Assembly (NCBI GenBank): GCA_963741205.1
Contig: CAVUHW010000024.1
Location: 1-25,854, forward strand
DNA length: 25,854 nucleotides
Reading direction: 5' to 3'
Source of the DNA: Nitrospirota bacterium
GTDB taxonomy: Bacteria; Nitrospirota; UBA9217
Shown here one piece after another: positions 17,837-25,854 of this stretch (positions within the stretch are counted from its first letter, which is position 1; the number at the start of each line of letters is the position of its first letter). The position numbers and the translations under genes were made by a program. The notes below the pieces were generated by a model, which did not search any database, was not told where the DNA came from, and saw nothing but the letters and a program-made list of their open reading frames with translations.

Positions 17837-19178
17837 GCGATCACCTTCCGGAGCGCTTCCACATATTGGTCCAGTTCCTCCCGGGTCCGTTTTTCGGTGA
17901 CGGCCACGATGAGGGCGTTCGGAAATGCGTCCGGATAAAAGGCCTTCAGGGCAATACCGCCGAGGATCCCTTCCTTCTCCATGGCCGCGAGCACGTTTTC
18001 CGGGTCCTTATCAAGGACCAGGGAAAATTCGTTGAAAAAGGGCTGGTTGTAAAGCGGACGCACCGGGAGTTCCGAGATGAGCCGTTCGTGCAGATAGTGG
18101 GCCTTGTGGTAGTTCTGTCTCGCAGCCTCCTTGAGCCCTTCTTTTCCGACTGCAGCAAGATGGACCGTCGTCGCCAAAGCGGCAAGGGCCTGGTTCGAAC
18201 AGATATTGGAGGTCGCCCGCTCACGCCTGATATGCTGTTCCCTGGCCTGTAGCGTGAGCAGAAAGGCCCGTCTACCCTCCTTGTCCACGGACTGGCCCAC
18301 GATCCTTCCGGGCATCTTGCGCATATAGTCCTGACGCGCCGCGATATAGCCGACCTAGGACCGCCGAAGGTCGGGTGCAGCCCGAACACCTGGGTGTCTC
18401 CGAAGCCGATGTCCGCTCCCCATTCGCCCTGCGACTTGAGCATGCCGAGGGAAAGGGGATTGGACGAGACCGCGAGGAGCGATCCGTTCTCGTGCACCAT
18501 GTTGGTTATCTCGGTATAGTCTTCGAGACAGCCGAAAAAATTCGGCGTCTGGGCTATCAGAACAGCGACGGCAGGCATGAGCTTCTGCTTCAGATCATCA
18601 AGGGAAATTGCGCCGTTTTCCTGCCTCACTTCAATGAGGGAGATGCCGCTTCCGGCAAAGTGCGTATGCAGCACCTGTTTGGTATGGGGATGGAGCGTCG
18701 CGGAATAAAGGACCGTGTCCGATTTCTTGACGCTGTTCACGGCGATGTTCGCGGCCTCGACCGCGGCCGTATGGCCGTCATACAGGGACGCGTTCGAAAC
18801 GTCGAGAGAAGTCAGTTCGCAGATGAGTGTCTGGAATTCAAAGATCGCCTGGAGCAGGCCCTGCGAAAACTCCGGCTGGTACGGAGTATATGCCGTAGAG
18901 AACTCCGACCGCGAGATGATGTGCCTGACCACGGAGGGAATGAGGTGATCATAGATGCCGCAGCCGAGAAACGAAACCATTCCGGACCCGTTTTTCCCGG
19001 CGAGCTCGGACAGGATGCGGGAGACTTCATATTCGGAACGATGGGACGGTATGTTCAGCGGCTTTGAGAGCAGGAGGTCCGGAGGAATATCGGAGAACAG
19101 CTCATCGATGCTCTTGATCCCGAGCTCCTTGAGCATGTCCGCGACATCCTGTTCCGTATGAGGCAGATAGGGAAACAT
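17833..19178 (-). CDS. gcvPA: Glycine dehydrogenase (decarboxylating) subunit 1; single frameshift near 18355
   Basis: [43 protein letters not shown]; second frame continues VGYIAA...[30 protein letters not shown]; ATGA overlap with the fusion gene. Confidence 0.93.
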
Positions 19179-19405
19179 GGACCGCTCCTTTCCCGCCGAA
19201 TAGTATCTGACGCTTTAATTAAAGGTAATCTTCTTTCTCTTTCGTGTCAACCTCGTATCTGCAAAATTATTATGAAGTCGTAAGACGTCAAATTGCGCGG
19301 AAATTTTGTGGGAGCTTCCCGGCCGATCTCCTGTCTAAGGACAGGAAAGAAATTGAATATTCCCGGCCTCCGATATATAATGCATTTTACCCATGGGAAA
19401 ACCAA

Positions 19406-19442
19406 GACAGTGTCCTTTAAATGGGTGACCCTGAAGCGGTTC
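19406..19442 (-). repeat. GGGTCA-family motif, 27-bp exact inverted copy of 10192-10218
   Basis: gacagtgtcctttaaatgggtgaccct reverse-complements to agggtcacccatttaaaggacactgtc. Confidence 0.9.
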
Positions 19443-19456
19443 TAAAGGAGAAAAAA

Positions 19457-20542
19457 TTGAAGATAGCCATTACCGGCCTTGCGAATTCAGGAAAGACAAC
19501 GATATTTAACGCCCTGACGGGTCTGAATCTGGAGACAACGACCTATGCGACGGTGACAGCAGAACCTCATCATGGTGTCGTCAAGGTGCCGGACATCAGG
19601 ATCGACAGGCTTTCGGAGATATACAAGCCGAAGAAGACCACCTATGCAACGGTCGAGTATGTTGATTACATCGGTCTGACAAAGGGCGACATGGAGCAGA
19701 ACCGGAAGGTGTTCGACCTTGTCAAGGATGCAGACGCTCTTGTCCATGTTGTGAGGGGCTTTCAGGACGAGTCGGTGCCCCATCCCATGGGTACGGTTGA
19801 CCCGAAGAGAGATGCCGAGACGACGGAGATGGAGATGATCTTCGGCGATCTCGAACTGGTCGAGAAACGGCTGGAGAGGATGGAGCTGGGCCAGAAGAGG
19901 GGAAAGAAGCCTGATGAGAGCGAGAAAAAACTTCTGCTGAAATGCAAGGAGCTGTTGGAATCCGAGAAGCCGCTGAGGGCTGCGGAGTTTTCCGAGGAGG
20001 ACCGGAAGGCCATGCGCCATCTGCAGTTTATGTCGCTCAAGCCCGAGGTCGTTGTGCTGAATGTTGCTGAACAGGAAGTGAATTCGGAAACAACCGGCAA
20101 GACGGTCTCTGATCTTCAGGCAATTTTCAAAGGGCGGCAGGTGACGGTGTTGAGCATGTGCGGGAAGATCGAGATGGAGATAGCCCAGCTCTCTCCCGAA
20201 GAGGCGAAGGTTTTTCTCGACGACCTCGGCATCAAGGAGCCGGCGCTGAACAAGCTTATCCGCGTTTCGTATGACCTGCTCGGGCTGATATCTTTTTTGA
20301 CCTCCGGTGAAGACGAGGTCAGGGCCTGGACCATAGAAAAAGGCATGAATGCGCAGCAGGCGGCAGGCAGGATACATTCGGATATCGAGAGAGGTTTTAT
20401 ACGGGCTGAGGTCGTTTCCTATGATGATTTTATTGCCACGGGCAGTATGCATGCAGCACGGGAGAAAGGGCATTTCAAGCTCGAGGGAAAAACCTATGAG
20501 GTAAAGGACGGGGATATCATCAATTTCAGGTTTAATGTGTAG
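19457..20542 (+). CDS. ychF: Redox-regulated ribosome-binding ATPase YchF (Obg family)
   Basis: TTG start after aaggag RBS; GLANSGKTTIFNALT, GVVKVPD.R, LVHVVRGF, LGLISFLTSGEDEVRAW, AGRIHSDIERGFIRAE, YEVKDGDIINFRFNV. Confidence 0.95.
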   Translation: MKIAITGLANSGKTTIFNALTGLNLETTTYATVTAEPHHGVVKVPDIRIDRLSEIYKPKKTTYATVEYVDYIGLTKGDMEQNRKVFDLVKDADALVHVVRGFQDESVPHPMGTVDPKRDAETTEMEMIFGDLELVEKRLERMELGQKRGKKPDESEKKLLLKCKELLESEKPLRAAEFSEEDRKAMRHLQFMSLKPEVVVLNVAEQEVNSETTGKTVSDLQAIFKGRQVTVLSMCGKIEMEIAQLSPEEAKVFLDDLGIKEPALNKLIRVSYDLLGLISFLTSGEDEVRAWTIEKGMNAQQAAGRIHSDIERGFIRAEVVSYDDFIATGSMHAAREKGHFKLEGKTYEVKDGDIINFRFNV

Positions 20543-20555
20543 GGCACCAGACTAC

Positions 20556-20652
20556 TTAGGGTCAGGTCTCTCTTGTTGCATAAAGCCCTTTTCTTGCTAT
20601 GATTGCCCTATGTCGCGCGCCCTCCGCAAAAAAAACGCTTGTGCTGTCTACC
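20556..20652 (+). mobile_element. Second RAYT left-end remnant (motif + first 14 codons)
   Basis: ttagggtcaggtctctcttgttgcataaa, then ATG at 20610: MSRALRKKNACAVY versus MSRPLRIEYAGAVY at 10972. Confidence 0.75.
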
Positions 20653-20747
20653 CCGTTAGAGAAATCCGTACTTCCTATCTACCCTGCCCGCATCCCACGA
20701 GCGTATTCATCGATCGTGTAATTCATAAAGAGTATCTCTAACGGGGT
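20650..20747. mobile_element. 98-bp MITE-like element with 13-bp perfect terminal inverted repeats
   Basis: accccgttagaga (20650-20662) and tctctaacggggt (20735-20747); RAYT similarity stops at its left end. Confidence 0.7.
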
Positions 20748-20799
20748 GAACGGTAAGTTTTTCAACGGTCTGGCAAGACCAACCCCTGAGATGTTCATT

Positions 20800-21385
20800 C
20801 TACCAAGTTCCCATTGACCTTCCCAGTTTTCGGGCTTTTGACATCCAGCGGTGTCCCGATATGCGCGGGGTCCGGGGACAGCGGGACGTTGATCTGTTTC
20901 CTGATGTCAAAACCGGCCGCGTTCAGCACAGTCTTCACGGCGCGAAGTGCCCCGCGGGCTTGCGAGGAAAGTTGATTGAAGGGAAACGGCGCCAGGGAGG
21001 CGGTAACAATCGCCGCCTTCTTACCCTTGTGCTTCGGACTTGGAAAGCGCATCGTGTTGAGCACATAGTGCTCAAGGGCGGGAACATTCCGGTCAAAGAG
21101 AAGCTTCAACGGGCCGGTCATGTTGCCCCAATAGGTCGGGGTGGCCACCACCAAACCAGAGCAGCGTTCTATCAGCTCTCCTATACGATGCCCGTCGTCT
21201 TTCGGAAGAATGCACTTTTTGTCGGGCCGGCATTTCAGACACCCGATACAGGGCCTGATGGAAAGATCATTGACATCGACCCATTCCACTTCGGCGCCGG
21301 CGGAGCGTGCTTCATCCGCAATTATCTTGAGGATCGTCGCTGTCACGCCCTTTTTCCTGGGGCTGGCATTGAGCATGAGGATCAT
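20800..21385 (-). CDS. Iron-sulfur flavoprotein / multimeric flavodoxin family protein (probable 3' indel near 20855)
   Basis: LNASPRKKGVT, PCIGCLKC...C..PKDD, ATPTYWGNMTGPLKLLFDR, KGKKAAIV; own GGAGG RBS before ATG 21385. A shift restores the typical ...SKARKLGRSM terminus. Confidence 0.88.
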
Positions 21386-21419
21386 TCGCTTTCCCTCCGA
21401 TTTTGAGACAGGTTCTTCA

Positions 21420-21559
21420 GATTTTGCACTGAACTCGCCCGGCGACACCGCCGGATCGATGTCCCGGAAAACCTGCACGTCGCCGCCTGCGGCCGGAAAC
21501 TGTTTGCCAACCCTCTTCAGTTCAATGATCGACTCAGGCGATCCCGCTGATGTATTCAT
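21420..21559 (-). pseudogene. 5' remnant of a LolD/MacB-type ABC ATPase gene, in frame with the flavoprotein
   Basis: MNTSAGSPESIIELKRVGKQFPAAGGDVQVFRDIDPAVSPGEFSA resembles the pre-Walker-A segment of ABC ATPases; strong RBS aaaggag; Walker A absent. Confidence 0.6.
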
Positions 21560-21597
21560 TTGACAAACCCTCCTTTTATGAATACAATGTCTATAAA

Positions 21598-21612
21598 CGA
21601 ACATGGTGTTCG
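21598..21612. promoter_or_regulatory. Putative TetR operator
   Basis: Perfect palindrome cgaaca-tgg-tgttcg in the divergent promoter region; related cgaacaaa-N9-tttgttcg at 21676-21700. Confidence 0.6.
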
Positions 21613-21715
21613 ATAACTATATATCTGTTCTGTTCCAGGAGGTCAACAACCAATGTGGCCCGGATTGTTCACTTCCGAACAAACAGGCGCCCTTTGTTCG
21701 TGAAATGGAGGTCGT

Positions 21716-22411
21716 ATGAAGGGAAAAAAGGTGGACCGCCGGATCACCCGGACGAAAAAGCTGATGCACGAGGCGCTCATGTCCCTGATCGTGGAAAAGG
21801 GATACGAGGCGGTGACGGTGCAGGATATCCTCGACCGCGCCGACATGGGCAGGTCGACCTTCTACGCGCATTACCGGAGCAAGGACGAGCTCCTCCTCTC
21901 AGGGGTGGAGCACCTTCGCGCATTGTTCGAACAGCAGCAGAAGTCGTTGCTTGCGGCAAAGCCCACCGGCAGCGGGCCTGAGTTCAACATGGTCCTGGAG
22001 CTGTTCCGCCACACTGCCGAGCACCACAAGCTGTACAAGGCATTCGCCGGCAAACAGAGCGGCGAAATGATCCTGAAATACGTATACCGCTACCTCTACG
22101 ACATGTTCATCGTTCCGCACAAAGCGCTCGTGAAGAACAAGAAGGCCCTGCCCGTTCCGATCGACGTCGCGACCCACTGGATCGTCACGTCGCTGCTGTC
22201 CCTCGTTGTCTGGTGGCTGGAGAACAACATGCCCTATTCAGCAGAGGAAATGGAGGAGATGTTCAGGAGATTGACCATGCCGGGCATCGAGGTCGCTTTA
22301 GGCCGGAAAGCGGAGAAGAAGGAGCATGACAGGGTCCGTGATCACGGTGAGAGAAGCGCAAAGGCTTTCTACAACCTTTTTGCCGATGATGACAGCGGCC
22401 ACGGTAAATAG
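21716..22411 (+). CDS. TetR/AcrR family transcriptional regulator
   Basis: DRRITRTKKLMHEALMSLIVEKGYEAVTVQDILDRADMGRSTFYAHYRSKDELL HTH; C-terminal WWLENNMPYSAEEM. Confidence 0.93.
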   Translation: MKGKKVDRRITRTKKLMHEALMSLIVEKGYEAVTVQDILDRADMGRSTFYAHYRSKDELLLSGVEHLRALFEQQQKSLLAAKPTGSGPEFNMVLELFRHTAEHHKLYKAFAGKQSGEMILKYVYRYLYDMFIVPHKALVKNKKALPVPIDVATHWIVTSLLSLVVWWLENNMPYSAEEMEEMFRRLTMPGIEVALGRKAEKKEHDRVRDHGERSAKAFYNLFADDDSGHGK

Positions 22412-22418
22412 TCGAAGA

Positions 22419-22449
22419 GGGAACCTCTTGGTGTCAGGTCTCCTGACAG
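22419..22449 (+). repeat. GGGTCAGGTCT-family motif with small hairpin
   Basis: gggaacctcttggtgtcaggtctcctgacag, a few nt after the TetR stop; tgtcagg-tct-cctgaca stem. Confidence 0.8.
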
Positions 22450-22514
22450 AGAGAACGTGGGCGACGCAATGTGTGAAACAAATGTTTCCCTGGTGGTTTC
22501 AGAGCGAGGTCAAA

Positions 22515-22916
22515 ATGCATTTGTCTTCCAGATGGACACTGTTTCTCGGGGTTGGATTGGTTGTCGTTTTACTCGCAGCGAACGCGAAGGCCCTTCCCCA
22601 GGCGACTTCAGCAAACAAAAAAACAGCGCATCGCGGCGATCCGGAATTGCAGCAGAAAAGATTCGCCTTCATACAGGACACGATCAAACTCGGCATCATT
22701 TCCAAGATCGAGGACACTAGTCCCGTTACCCGCGTGTTGGTCGGCCGGCAATTCATCGAGTTATCGATCGAAGAGAAGGAACAGATCCTCAATGCGGTCT
22801 GGGCCTATTATAAAACAGAAGATCCGCAAAAGAATATTGTTCTGGTCATCGACCAGAAGAGCGGGAAGAAGCTCGGAGAATATTCCCCGGCGAGCGGCGG
22901 GCTTAAAATGAAGTAG
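22515..22916 (+). CDS. Hypothetical exported protein
   Basis: gaggt RBS before ATG 22515; signal peptide (LFLGVGLVVVLLAANAKA); C-terminal D..SGKKLGEYS...GLKMK. Confidence 0.7.
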   Translation: MHLSSRWTLFLGVGLVVVLLAANAKALPQATSANKKTAHRGDPELQQKRFAFIQDTIKLGIISKIEDTSPVTRVLVGRQFIELSIEEKEQILNAVWAYYKTEDPQKNIVLVIDQKSGKKLGEYSPASGGLKMK

Positions 22917-23595
22917 ACCGTGTAACCTTTGTGTTTTTCATACGTCCTATTGTTAAAGAGAAGAAAGTTTTTTTGGGGCATGAAGGTCGAGGTGGAGGCA
23001 AGCGACGAGGAGGTGAGCCTTAATGAGCGCCCATATTCACTATATATGCCCATTTTGTGGTCAGGATGAATTTGACGGTCAGGAAACCTGGGAGGAGCAC
23101 ATCCGTTTAGAACATTTCAAAGTGAACTTTTCGTCGCTTGTAAATGCCCTGATTCACTCTCAGTTGATCAGTGTTCACTGATTGATAAGGTTGAGGGTGC
23201 CCAATGAAAACAATTCTTCTGCTTGTCATTTCGAACACGTTCATGACACTCGCCTGGTACGGAATTGCGCCTGTTGGCATATTTCTGAGAGAATGATTCC
23301 TCACACTTGCATCCTGAAAGTCGCGCCTGACACTTTCCTTTCAAACGTTACGTTCATGCCGAATTGAACGTCATCTTTAAATATTGTGCTGATGTATTCA
23401 TGAAGTCTGCCCATCGGTATTTCTACCTATAGACAGGCCTTCTTTCTGCTGATAATATACGGCAGTTCCCTGAAAGGGAATTAATCGCCCAAGGATAGGT
23501 CTTCAACGACCGATGTACAGCATATCATAAATGGTCCTCAGAAATTAGGCGCAGTTTTAAGGAGACATCGTCAAGAGCTATGTAGGAGCTGTGGA

Positions 23596-23988
23596 ATGGA
23601 ACGAAAAGTACTCATTATCGATGATAATGACGATGACATCCTGATGACGAAGTCTATTCTTTCCAAGATCGGGCTGGGAATCACGATTGAGGTGGCGTCA
23701 AGCGGCGAAGAGGGGCTCGCACATGTCCGGAAGGGAACGGTTCTTCCGACGCTGATATTGCTTGACGTAAAAATGCCGGGGATGAGCGGCATTGACGTGT
23801 TGCGAAAAATACGCAGTGATAAACGACTTGCCTCTATTCCTGTGGTTATCGTCACCCATTCAATTCTTGAATCTGACTTCGTTGCGTCTTATAAGTCCGG
23901 CGCCAGCAGCATCCTTCTCAAGACAGCAGACATAGATAAATTCAAGAGATACATGCTGAATCTTTTTGAGAACTTCATGGCAAAGTAG
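23596..23988 (+). CDS. Single-domain response regulator (CheY-like, Rcp1-type)
   Basis: VLIIDDNDDD, ILLDVKMPGMSG (phospho-Asp), IPVVIVT, SYKSGA...K. Confidence 0.9.
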   Translation: MERKVLIIDDNDDDILMTKSILSKIGLGITIEVASSGEEGLAHVRKGTVLPTLILLDVKMPGMSGIDVLRKIRSDKRLASIPVVIVTHSILESDFVASYKSGASSILLKTADIDKFKRYMLNLFENFMAK

Positions 23989-24184
23989 CCTGGCATTCGT
24001 CAAGATGATACGACTCCGTGACGAGAAATAAACAATATCAAATCTCCCACGGATATCCGATGAAGATGGCCGGACTGGACCTTCCCTGCCGAACCGCTAC
24101 ATTGCCGATGCCATATCAGCTGGCCGTCGAGATATCTTAAACTCGGGCCGGTAGAACTTTCACCGTATTTGGGCAAGGTGCCCT

Positions 24185-25381
24185 ATGGACATACCGGAAG
24201 ACATAACGAAAGAACAGCTCATTAATGATCTGATCAAATTACGCCAGAGAATCAATGAACTGGAAACAATCGAAGAGGACAAAAAGAGGTATGTGGAGGA
24301 ACTCCACAAAGCCAAATCGATGTTTGAGGGCCTTTTCGAGTTTGCTCCCGACGCCATCATCGTTGTCAATCATGAAGGCCGTATCGTCCAGGCCAATAAG
24401 CAAGTTGAACGGCTGTTTGGTTATGCCCGGGAAGAGTTGCTCGAAGCAGAACATGATATTCTCCTGCCGGAACGCTTTCGGGAAAAACATCGGGAGCACC
24501 GCAGGGGATTCATGGCTGATCCGCACGTTCGTCCCATGGGTACCGGGCTGGAATTATTCGGCAGAAAAAAGGACGGTACCGAATTTCCGGTGGATATCTC
24601 CCTTGGGCCTTTGCAAATGACGAATGATATCGTCGTGCTGGCCGTGATCCGGGACGTCACCGAGCGCAAGAACGCTGAAAATATATTGCTTGAGACGAAA
24701 GCAGAACTAGAGCGTTCAAACAAAGCGCTAGAGCAGTTCGCTTACGCCGTGGCTCATGATCTCAGGGCGCCTCTAAGGTCCATTGACGGGTTCATCCGCA
24801 TATTGTCTGAAGATTACTCCGAAAAGTTGGATGAATTGGGCAGGAATTACATGGGCCGGGTACAACATGGCGCAGCGCGAATGATCGAGCTTATCAACGC
24901 ATTACTCAGCGTGTCGCGATTCACCCTCGGCCCGCTGAGCCGCTCGAAAGTGTCTCTGAGCACGCTGGCAAAAATAGCGGCGGCCGAGTTCGCAAAAAGC
25001 CAGCTCGAACGACGCGTGGAGTTTATGATCGCCGAAGATGTGTACGCAGAAGGAGATCCGGTGCTGCTTAAGATTGTAATAGAAAACCTCGTCAGTAACG
25101 CGTGGAAGTTCAGCTCAAAACGGCCTGTTGCGAGAATTGAGTTCGGCGTCACGCAGAGCAATGGAAAAGCTGTCTATTACGTCAAGGACAATGGAGCCGG
25201 CTTCAACATGGAATACGCGGATCGGCTGTTCGCGCCGTTTCAACGACTCCATTCAGAAAATGAATTTCCGGGCTTGGGCATTGGTCTTTCGACAGTTCAG
25301 CGAATCATCGATCATCACGGCGGACGCATCTGGGCAGAGGCAGAAGAGGATAAAGGAGCGACGTTTTATTTTACACTATAA
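24185..25381 (+). CDS. Cytoplasmic PAS-domain sensor histidine kinase
   Basis: PAS (FEFAPDAIIVVN...RPMGTGLELFGRKKDGTEFPVDISL), H-box AHDLRAPL, N-box ENLVSNAWKF, DNGAGF, LFAPFQRLH, GLGIGL; no TM segment. Confidence 0.95.
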   Translation: MDIPEDITKEQLINDLIKLRQRINELETIEEDKKRYVEELHKAKSMFEGLFEFAPDAIIVVNHEGRIVQANKQVERLFGYAREELLEAEHDILLPERFREKHREHRRGFMADPHVRPMGTGLELFGRKKDGTEFPVDISLGPLQMTNDIVVLAVIRDVTERKNAENILLETKAELERSNKALEQFAYAVAHDLRAPLRSIDGFIRILSEDYSEKLDELGRNYMGRVQHGAARMIELINALLSVSRFTLGPLSRSKVSLSTLAKIAAAEFAKSQLERRVEFMIAEDVYAEGDPVLLKIVIENLVSNAWKFSSKRPVARIEFGVTQSNGKAVYYVKDNGAGFNMEYADRLFAPFQRLHSENEFPGLGIGLSTVQRIIDHHGGRIWAEAEEDKGATFYFTL

Positions 25382-25854
25382 TGATCCCAGTCAAAATGTC
25401 GTTTCTGTGATCCAGGGTTGACGAGCTTCAGCCGAGTCAACTCCTTGGCAAAACTGAAAATATCCGCACGAATCCTACGTTGCAGATTTCCACTTCGCAC
25501 ATACAGCCATGATCTTGCTGTTAAGAAGCAATAATTTACATTGATCGCTTTCATGTCATAAGACAATTCCATCTCAGCGTTACAGCATAGAACCTATCTC
25601 AAAATCGGTCTTTTCATACAATTTGATTAACGCTTATCGGGCGCTTGGACCGAAACGAGGGGTAGGATGCCGCCGGAATCGCGAGTCGGATTGAACCGGT
25701 GTACACATCATAGGTGCCATCATTTTCGGTATTTTTATTTCTTTCTTAAACCCGCTGTGGATTGCACTTGGAGGTCATCTTCTGATTTTATCGTCGGCAT
25801 GTTACAACCAGAAATTCGTAGTTTTTCAAACGAGCGCAGACGCGAAGTAGTAGG

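Noticed and set aside
18340-18365. Programmed frameshift or recoding in gcvPA
   Set aside because: No slippery heptamer, and similar indels are scattered through the window, so sequencing error is more likely.
19179-19405. Glycine riboswitch upstream of gcvPA
   Set aside because: No GGAGA...CCGAAG...CUCUCAGG aptamer pattern on the minus strand; only a short cctgtc/gacagg hairpin.
19421-19456. N-terminal extension of YchF
   Set aside because: The ATG comes from the repeat motif; TTG at 19457 has a good RBS and matches the family start.
21598-21612. LexA (Cheo) SOS box
   Set aside because: Spacing is GAAC-N5-GTTC rather than N4, and the position beside a divergent TetR suggests its operator.
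23455-23525. c-di-GMP-I riboswitch upstream of the response regulator
   Set aside because: A ttccct-gaa-agggaa hairpin is present but GGCAAAC and GACGCAAAG are not matched; an Rfam search would settle it.
25382-25854. Gene or ncRNA at the right end
   Set aside because: No convincing ORF, RBS or recognisable RNA structure was found.

Overview
Bacterial chromosomal window of moderate to high GC. Gene content and style suggest a Nitrospirota- or Deltaproteobacteria-like organism (inference only), probably a long-read assembly, since about ten single-base indels break otherwise intact genes. Left to right: an AhpF-like thioredoxin reductase (5' end outside the window), a minus-strand NTase-like/TPM/LemA operon, a macro-domain protein, TerC, a Phd/RelE-ParE toxin-antitoxin pair and several small accessory genes. 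Next come a truncated REP-associated (RAYT/Y1) transposase, a secreted trypsin-fold protease followed by a lipoprotein that looks like a stand-alone copy of its prodomain, and a PmtA-like methyltransferase. A glycine cleavage locus follows, then ychF, an Fe-S flavoprotein with a divergent TetR, and a receiver protein plus PAS histidine kinase. The most notable coding feature is a 1368-aa ORF fusing GcvPB, GcvT and serine hydroxymethyltransferase, with no gcvH in the operon. The most notable non-coding feature is a dispersed GGAACCTCTTAGGGTCAGGTCT motif (about 10 copies) sitting at gene boundaries in a consistent orientation, two copies of which front RAYT remnants. Several other periodic inverted-repeat families occupy the intergenic spaces.
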